Assembly (NCBI GenBank): GCA_965222605.1
Contig: OZ244960.1
Span: forward strand, 2,432,001 to 2,496,000
From: Candidatus Latescibacterota bacterium
Lineage (GTDB): Bacteria > Latescibacterota > UBA2968
Reading direction: 5' to 3'
DNA length: 64,000 nt
Of this stretch, positions 57,418 to 64,000 are shown in pieces. Both the position numbers and the translations under genes were made by a program. The notes beneath the pieces were generated by a model. It was not told where the DNA came from and searched no databases. It worked only from the letters and a program-made list of their open reading frames with translations. The stretch's first letter is position 1; the number at the start of each line of letters is the position of its first letter.

Positions 57418-59583
57418 TCAAGATGAACCATTTGAAAGGGCTTCAAGGCGATAAACAGAGATAATATTGGGAATCTTGCGGAGGTTTTGTAGGAGTTCTT
57501 CGAGATGGTCGGCATTTTTAATCTCGACCTGGAATTGGTTGTCAATTTCCTCACGCCTAGTCTCGATACTGGCGCCCACAATGGGAATACCGAGATTGGA
57601 CATAACCTGTGTCATATCGGACAACAAATTGGTGCGATTCTTACCAGTGACCTGAATAGTTGCAGTAAAAGTTTCTGTCAGATCGGTTTCCCAGTCAAGC
57701 TCAACCACGCGACCCGGATCAGAAGACAAATTGGGCAAATTGGAACACCCCCGACGATGGACAGAAATGCCGCGTCCGCGCGTGACAATGCCAATAACCG
57801 GATCGCCCGCAATCGGATTGCAGCAGCGGGCATACTGGACCATCAGATCGTGCAAACCGTGAATGCGCAGAGCCTCTGTATTTTTTTTCCAGCTTTCTTT
57901 TTTAATATCGCCAAGAGGCTCGCGTGCCTTTGGAAAAAGCTGATTAATAAATTTGCCAATTGAAATATCGCCATTGCCTATCGCGGCAAAAAGATGATCT
58001 GTATCTTCTTGTTCAAATGCTTCGGCTACCTTTCTTAGTTCTTCTTTGCTCGCGCGCTTGCGCCGCTGTCGCAACTCGCGATCAACCATATCGCGCCCCA
58101 GACGAATACTTTGATTAAAAGCCTCCTCGCGCAGCGCGCGTCGAATACAACTTCGCGCCTTGGCACTCTTGACAAAATCGAGCCAATCGCGATGCGGATG
58201 CTGGTGCGACGACGTAATAATCTCAACCGTCTGCCCTGTTTCAAGCGGCGTGGATAGTGGCACCATCTGGCTATCAATGCGGGCGCCCACGCAACGATTG
58301 CCAATTTCGGTATGTACTGCAAAGGCAAAATCGATGGGCGTGGCCTCACCCGGAAGCTGAATCAAATCGCCCTGGGGTGTAAAAACATAAATTTCATTTG
58401 AAAAGAGATCGACCTTGAGTTCTTCGATAAATTCTTGAGGATCTGATGCATCGCCCTGCCACTCGAGCATATTGCGAAGCCCGTCTATGTGTTGATCGAA
58501 TTCCGACCTTTCGGGAGACCCCTCTTTGTACAACCAGTGTGCTGCAATGCCCACTTCTGCTGTCTGGTGCATCTCGTGGGTGCGTATCTGCACTTCAATC
58601 ATCAACCCGCGCGGGCCTATGACCGTCGTATGCAAAGATTGGTACATATTGCTCTTGGGCGTTGCAATAAAATCCTTGAACCGGGGCATAACCGGTGTAT
58701 AAAGCGAATGAATCATACCCAGAACGTGATAACATTCCTGGACAGTATCGACCAGTATGCGGATAGCTAACAAATCGTAGATATCTTCAAAACCTTTGCT
58801 CCGCGTTTGCATCTTCCGGTGAATACTGAAGAAATTTTTGGGACGTCCCGTGATCTCCCCTCGAATATTTTCTTCTTTGAGTATTTTTTGCAGCGGCACG
58901 CGCATCTCTTCGATATACGCCTCGCGTTCTCGTCTCTTGAGGCGGATCTTTTCTCTAATACCGCGATACGCTTCGGGATCGAGCTGCTTGAGGGACAGAT
59001 CTTCAAGCTCCCACCGAATACGCGCAATCCCCAAACGATGCGCGAGAGGCGCGTAAATATCGAGACTTTCTCGCGCCATGCGCTCGCGCATTTCAGGGGG
59101 CAGGGGATCCAGCGTGCGCATGTTGTGCAGACGTTCGCAAAACTTAATGAGAACAACGCGCAAGTCGTTGATCATAGACAGAAACATCTTGCGGAAATTT
59201 TCGGCTTGCTGCGCCTCTTGCGATTGGAAGGACAGATCTTTGATTTTCGTGACACCGTCAACCAGATCGGCAATATGGGAACCAAAATGACGCGCGATTT
59301 GCGCGTGGGTCGCCGTGCCGTGCGCTATGGTATCGTGCAAAATACCAGCCACCAGAGTCGAAGTGTCCTGATTGAGATCTATCAGGATGCGACCAACCTC
59401 AAGAGCATGTACAATATACGGCTGGCCCGACTTGCGAAATTGGTCCTGGTGTGCCTTTTTGGCAAAATAAAAGGCGCGGGTCAAGAGTTTTACATTGTGA
59501 TCGGAACGGCTTTGAAGAGCATGCTGGAGAAATGCGTCAAAGATGGGATCATCTGCGAGGGTTTTTTGGGGGAGTGTAGGCAC
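57418..59583 (-). CDS. rel: Long RelA/SpoT homolog, (p)ppGpp synthetase
   Basis: APLAHRLG, GRPK, RFKD, YQSLHT, EVQIRT, TGS, CCNP and ACT domains. Confidence 0.95.
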   Translation of the reverse strand: MPTLPQKTLADDPIFDAFLQHALQSRSDHNVKLLTRAFYFAKKAHQDQFRKSGQPYIVHALEVGRILIDLNQDTSTLVAGILHDTIAHGTATHAQIARHFGSHIADLVDGVTKIKDLSFQSQEAQQAENFRKMFLSMINDLRVVLIKFCERLHNMRTLDPLPPEMRERMARESLDIYAPLAHRLGIARIRWELEDLSLKQLDPEAYRGIREKIRLKRREREAYIEEMRVPLQKILKEENIRGEITGRPKNFFSIHRKMQTRSKGFEDIYDLLAIRILVDTVQECYHVLGMIHSLYTPVMPRFKDFIATPKSNMYQSLHTTVIGPRGLMIEVQIRTHEMHQTAEVGIAAHWLYKEGSPERSEFDQHIDGLRNMLEWQGDASDPQEFIEELKVDLFSNEIYVFTPQGDLIQLPGEATPIDFAFAVHTEIGNRCVGARIDSQMVPLSTPLETGQTVEIITSSHQHPHRDWLDFVKSAKARSCIRRALREEAFNQSIRLGRDMVDRELRQRRKRASKEELRKVAEAFEQEDTDHLFAAIGNGDISIGKFINQLFPKAREPLGDIKKESWKKNTEALRIHGLHDLMVQYARCCNPIAGDPVIGIVTRGRGISVHRRGCSNLPNLSSDPGRVVELDWETDLTETFTATIQVTGKNRTNLLSDMTQVMSNLGIPIVGASIETRREEIDNQFQVEIKNADHLEELLQNLRKIPNIISVYRLEALSNGSS

Positions 59584-59693
59584 GGCAACCTCCGCGCTAT
59601 GGGATATATTTCATGGGCTATTATAAAAAATATAGTCAATTTTTGGGGGGAAACCAGCAACCCCTTTCTCCTCGGGCTACTGGTCATACATCA

Positions 59694-62237
59694 TCAAGCC
59701 CAGGTAATTAACCCCGTCTCACATATCGAATTGAGGTCCTGATGGTGTGGGTGAATGCGAACCGTATAGCCCCATCGGCCGCTTTTTTGCAAAGGCAGGT
59801 GTCCCACAAAAGTATGGGAACCCCTGGGCACCATGGACAGCGACTCGCCTTGAACAATCTGCCCCTCTGCGCCGACCTGCCCGTGAAAAATTTCGACAGC
59901 CACATCCTCTACGGTCAAGTCGCCCAGCGCGACATCCGCACGAATTTCGATCTTGTCGCCCACATGCGATGTTTGCGCCTGGCTCGCCGTTACAGAACGG
60001 ACCGCGACATCCTTCCACCCATGGCGAATTCTGGTTTTCCATTTGGCCAGAGCACTGGCTCTCGCGCCATTGTTATCCGAGAGGTTTTTTGATCGCGCAT
60101 GCGCCTTCAAGTAGAATCGCTCGGTATATTCCTGCACCATGCGGTGGGCATTAAACCTCGGACACAACACGCGCATAGCATTCTTCATGCGGGCGATCCA
60201 GCCTCTGGGCAACCCATCCACACCGCGATCATAAAAAAGCGGCACCGCTTCTTTCTCGAGAATATTGTAAATTGCCCGCGCTTCAATCTGGTTTTGATAC
60301 GCCGGATCGTCGTATTCTTTGCCGTGTCCAATCTCCCAGCCCAATTCCGGTTGATACGCTTCTGCCCACCAACCATCGAGCACACTGAGATTTAACGCGC
60401 CATTGGCAACGGCTTTCATGCCACTGGTACCGCTCGCTTCCTCGGGTCTCATTGGCGTATTCAGCCAGATATCGACCCCTTGCACGAGATAACGCGCCAC
60501 ACACATATCGTAATTCTCGATAAAAACCAGACGCCGATGGAGATACTCGCGCTGCGTGAGGCCGAAAATTTCCTGGATAAATTCTTTCCCCGCATGGTCT
60601 TGAGGGTGCGCTTTGCCCGCAAAGATAACCTGAACGGGACGTTCTTCATTGCACAGAATGCGCGTGAGCCTTTCGAGATCGTGAAACAAGAGCGTTGCGC
60701 GTTTATAAGTTGCAAAACGCCTGGCAAATCCAATCGTAAGCGCATCGGCAGTCAGGACTTCGTCAACGCGCGCCATATCGATTGACGACGCTGTTTCTCG
60801 CTGCAACTGCTTTCTGAGACGCTGCCGCGCAAATGCAACGAGGCGTTCTCTTCTGCGCTCGTGGACGCGCCAGAGCTCTTCGGGCGGAATGTGGTCTATC
60901 GTCTCCCACACACTCTGATCGTGTGGTTCCTCCAGGCGCCGAGGCCCCATGTAATTGTCTTCAAGGGCGCGCATTTGTTGCGAGATATGGGAGGCAATGT
61001 GAACGCCATTGGTAATGGATTCGACGGGTATTTCATTTTTGGGCAACCCGGGCCACAGCGATTGCCACATATTGCGCGAGACCTCACCGTGGAGTTTGCT
61101 AACGCCATTGCGATAGGACGAAAGCCTGAACGCGAGCACTGTCATATTAAAACCATCGCTGACAATATTGGGGTTCTCTCGCCCCAAAGCGAGGAATGCG
61201 GGCATGGAAAGACCGAGGTCATGCGCGTAGGATCTGAAGTATTTTTCGATCAGAGAAACGGGAAAAACATCGTGCCCGGCGGGAACGGGGGTATGGGTCG
61301 TAAAAACGTGACCTGCCGACGTGTACTCTGCGGCCTGATCAAATGTGGCACCGTTATTGTGCATCGTCTGCCGGATGCGTTCCAGCCCCAGAAAAGCCGA
61401 ATGCCCTTCATTCATGTGGCATACGGTGGGCTGTATGCCCAATGCGTTGAGCGCGCGCACGCCGCCAATACCCAGCAGAATTTCCTGCCGAATGCGCGTT
61501 TCACTGTCCCCACCGTAAAGTTGTGCCGTAATTCCGCGGATGGATGGCGGGTTTTCCATCAAGTTGGTATCGAGCAAATAAAGGGGAATGCGCCCAACCT
61601 GCACTTTCCATATCCGCACCCGCGCTTCTGCTTCGGGATATGAGAGGGTAATGGTGATATCCCGACCGCGTTCATCGCGGACAATCTGGACAGGCAGCGC
61701 GTAGTAGTCATTTTCGAGATATTCTTCTTGTTGCCAACCGTCATTTGTGAGGTACTGGTTGAAATAGCCGTGTTGATACAGCAGGCCCACGGCGGAAAAT
61801 GGCAATCCCAGTGTACTCGCAGATTTGAGATGATCCCCGGCCAACACCCCCAGACCGCCCGAATAGATCGGCAGGCTTTCGGTAAGGCCAAACTCCGCAG
61901 AGAAATAGGCAATTTGAATATCGGACGCTGTTTTGCCATGGGTAGTGTGAAAATAGGTCTCGCCATCCATAAATGCGCGGAAAGACTCGGAGACACGCTT
62001 AAAATGCGCCGTGAATCCCGGATTTTCAGAAAGTTGATTGAGGCGTTCCTGGCTGATGTCATTGAGCATACGCACCGGGTTGTGATAAACTGTTTCCCAG
62101 AGAGTAGGATCAATGCGTCTAAAGAGATCCATCGTATCGGGATCCCAGGCCCAGCGCAAGTTGTAAGCCAGTGCCTCAAGGCCCTGAAGAGCTTTGGGCA
62201 GCGAGGGTTTGACGACAAATGTAGAAATTGGTTTCAC
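59694..62237 (-). CDS. glgP: Alpha-glucan (glycogen) phosphorylase
   Basis: YSGGLGVLAGD, NEGH, ARRFATYKR, EASGTSGMK. Confidence 0.95.
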   Translation of the reverse strand: MKPISTFVVKPSLPKALQGLEALAYNLRWAWDPDTMDLFRRIDPTLWETVYHNPVRMLNDISQERLNQLSENPGFTAHFKRVSESFRAFMDGETYFHTTHGKTASDIQIAYFSAEFGLTESLPIYSGGLGVLAGDHLKSASTLGLPFSAVGLLYQHGYFNQYLTNDGWQQEEYLENDYYALPVQIVRDERGRDITITLSYPEAEARVRIWKVQVGRIPLYLLDTNLMENPPSIRGITAQLYGGDSETRIRQEILLGIGGVRALNALGIQPTVCHMNEGHSAFLGLERIRQTMHNNGATFDQAAEYTSAGHVFTTHTPVPAGHDVFPVSLIEKYFRSYAHDLGLSMPAFLALGRENPNIVSDGFNMTVLAFRLSSYRNGVSKLHGEVSRNMWQSLWPGLPKNEIPVESITNGVHIASHISQQMRALEDNYMGPRRLEEPHDQSVWETIDHIPPEELWRVHERRRERLVAFARQRLRKQLQRETASSIDMARVDEVLTADALTIGFARRFATYKRATLLFHDLERLTRILCNEERPVQVIFAGKAHPQDHAGKEFIQEIFGLTQREYLHRRLVFIENYDMCVARYLVQGVDIWLNTPMRPEEASGTSGMKAVANGALNLSVLDGWWAEAYQPELGWEIGHGKEYDDPAYQNQIEARAIYNILEKEAVPLFYDRGVDGLPRGWIARMKNAMRVLCPRFNAHRMVQEYTERFYLKAHARSKNLSDNNGARASALAKWKTRIRHGWKDVAVRSVTASQAQTSHVGDKIEIRADVALGDLTVEDVAVEIFHGQVGAEGQIVQGESLSMVPRGSHTFVGHLPLQKSGRWGYTVRIHPHHQDLNSICETGLITWA

Positions 62238-62252
62238 AGGGTTTTGTCTCCT

Positions 62253-62948
62253 CTACCAGTTCCGAAGTATCTGATCTACAAATTCCGGGACTTCATCTGT
62301 GAAATACATGGCGGCGAAAAAACCCATGATGAGAATATAGACCCCGATTATGGTGAACATAATAATCTTTTTGCGCTTGCTCATTTTGGTGCGCGGCGCA
62401 GATTTGAGATCGCGCGGTTGTTTGAGAAAAGTCGCAGATTCGTCCTCATCATCATCGGATGTAGATTCAGGAGTTGCGTCGGAAGATGGCTCTTGCGCAT
62501 CTGCTGTATCGGAAGGTTTTTCTTCCTCAGCCTCGGTTTCCTCTGCGTCTGCAGGTGTGTCCGATGCCACCTCTTTCTCTAATTCGGCTATGTCGAGTAC
62601 ATGCTCTATTTTTTCGATAAGCGTTTTGTCTTCAAATGGTCTTTCAACCATGCCGTAAACACCCTGTTCCAGGAGTGCTTTGGCTTCTGCTTCCTCGACG
62701 GGAAACGATACCACAATCACCGGTACCTCAAAGCCTTCTTCGCGGATAAATTCGATCAAGACATCGCCGCGAATGATCGGCATCTCGAGGTTGAGCAACA
62801 CCAGGTCGGGCTGTCCGTGCGCGATCGCGTCAACCGCTTCGGTCCACGTTGTCGCGCTCTGTGCTTGATAATCATTGGATTCGAGAATATTGACAATCCG
62901 TTCAACAGCGGCTTCTTCACTGTCAATAGTCAGAATTTTTGTCATCAT
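62253..62948 (-). CDS. Atypical receiver-domain protein with acidic linker and C-terminal TM
   Basis: REC fold (PDLVLLNLEMP...G), D/E-rich linker, KRKK then a hydrophobic helix. Confidence 0.8.
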   Translation of the reverse strand: MMTKILTIDSEEAAVERIVNILESNDYQAQSATTWTEAVDAIAHGQPDLVLLNLEMPIIRGDVLIEFIREEGFEVPVIVVSFPVEEAEAKALLEQGVYGMVERPFEDKTLIEKIEHVLDIAELEKEVASDTPADAEETEAEEEKPSDTADAQEPSSDATPESTSDDDEDESATFLKQPRDLKSAPRTKMSKRKKIIMFTIIGVYILIMGFFAAMYFTDEVPEFVDQILRNW

Positions 62949-63113
62949 GTCCCCCGGTGCGTAATAGGGAAAATACTGGCGACTGCAAGTATAAAACGAA
63001 TAAAGTCCAATGACAAGGATTTTCCCTCATCGCAATCACATGGTGAGTTCTCTCTTGATGGGTGAACGTGTGTATAGTATATTGCAATGCCAATGGAAAC
63101 TAGAGGATTTTTT

Positions 63114-64000
63114 ATGGAAACAAAAAATATCGTCGTAAAGGGTGCGCGAGTACACAATTTGCAAAATATAGATCTGACGTTGCCTCGACACGCGCTAATA
63201 TGTTTTACAGGCGTTTCCGGTTCGGGCAAGTCATCGCTGGCTTTTGATACCATCTATGCCGAAGGTCAGCGGCGTTATGTAGAGTCCCTATCGGCGTATG
63301 CGCGTCAATTTTTGGGCCAAATGGAAAAACCCGAAGTCGATCAGATTACGGGATTATCGCCAACGATTTCCATCGAACAAAAGACCGCAGGGCGCAATCC
63401 CCGCTCAACCGTGGGCACAATGACCGAAATCTACGACTATTTGCGCGTGTTATTTGCGCGAATTGGCACCCCCCATTGCGTACATGACAACACGCCAATT
63501 GGGGCACAAACGCGTGACGGCATTGTGGATCGGATTATGGCACTGGGTGAAGGCACGCGCATTCACATTCTATCTTCTCTCGTACAGGGGCGAAAAGGGG
63601 AGTATCACGACCTGTTTGAAAATTTGCAAAAAGAGGGATATATCCGCGTGCGCGTGGATGGGCAGGTGGTAACTTTGACCGAGACCCCGAAATTGGAGCG
63701 CTACAAAAGACACGATATCGAGGTGGTAATTGATCGGGTTATCGCAAAAAAAACAATGCGAGGGCGCATTGGCGAGGCCGTTGATGCCGGTCTTGTGATG
63801 GGCAAAGGGGCGATAATCGTCAGCGCAGAAGGCGAAGATGATCTTCTACTGAGTACGCACTTTTCCTGTCCCACCTGTGGGCGCAGCGCGCAGGAGCCCG
63901 TGCCGCAATTATTCTCATTCAACAGCCCACAGGGCATGTGCCCCGGCTGTCGCGGTTTGGGCACGCGCTTTGCAATGGATATGGCAAAAGTCGTCCCCAA
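63114..64000 (+). CDS. uvrA: Excinuclease ABC subunit A (3' end outside window)
   Basis: Read from the sequence: METKNIVVKGARVHNLQN...TGVSGSGKSSLAFDTIYAEGQRRYVESLS...FSFNSPQGMC. Confidence 0.97.
   Translation, partial: METKNIVVKGARVHNLQNIDLTLPRHALICFTGVSGSGKSSLAFDTIYAEGQRRYVESLSAYARQFLGQMEKPEVDQITGLSPTISIEQKTAGRNPRSTVGTMTEIYDYLRVLFARIGTPHCVHDNTPIGAQTRDGIVDRIMALGEGTRIHILSSLVQGRKGEYHDLFENLQKEGYIRVRVDGQVVTLTETPKLERYKRHDIEVVIDRVIAKKTMRGRIGEAVDAGLVMGKGAIIVSAEGEDDLLLSTHFSCPTCGRSAQEPVPQLFSFNSPQGMCPGCRGLGTRFAMDMAKVVP

Noticed and set aside
63064-63075. Possible LexA box GAACGTGTGTAT upstream of uvrA
   Set aside because: Only one half matches GAAC-N4-GTTC and the LexA motif of this lineage is unknown.

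Overview
Bacterial chromosomal window, mostly housekeeping and metabolic genes. The content (five PhyH dioxygenases, sulfatase, CehA/McbA hydrolase, GWxTD protein, FN3-repeat lipoprotein) resembles Latescibacterota/Gemmatimonadota-like or sponge-symbiont genomes; that placement is inference only. Recognisable genes include an RND permease (5'-truncated), a sigma-54 activator, thrC-like, hpnCDE, aspC, an ilvD-family dehydratase, pgm, recG, hflKC, coaE, gcvPA/PB, ychF-like, a sugar ABC transporter, rel, glgP and uvrA (3'-truncated, absent from the ORF track). A complete IS982-family element (15-bp IRs, TAATA duplication) splits an aldo/keto reductase gene. Leads worth following: (1) a PD-(D/E)xK-like + PIN two-gene module; (2) a RelE-like toxin with a Cys-rich insert; (3) a Rel enzyme with degenerate hydrolase motifs; (4) a full UAS-IHF-sigma54 promoter driving an activator with a pseudo-receiver domain; (5) GTAG-type REP/REPIN elements, one with a nested hairpin; (6) a solute-binding protein gene with two apparent in-frame deletions. 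No CRISPR array, rRNA, tRNA or prophage was seen. No single large novel system is demonstrable from the sequence alone. Family assignments come from motif recognition, not database searches.
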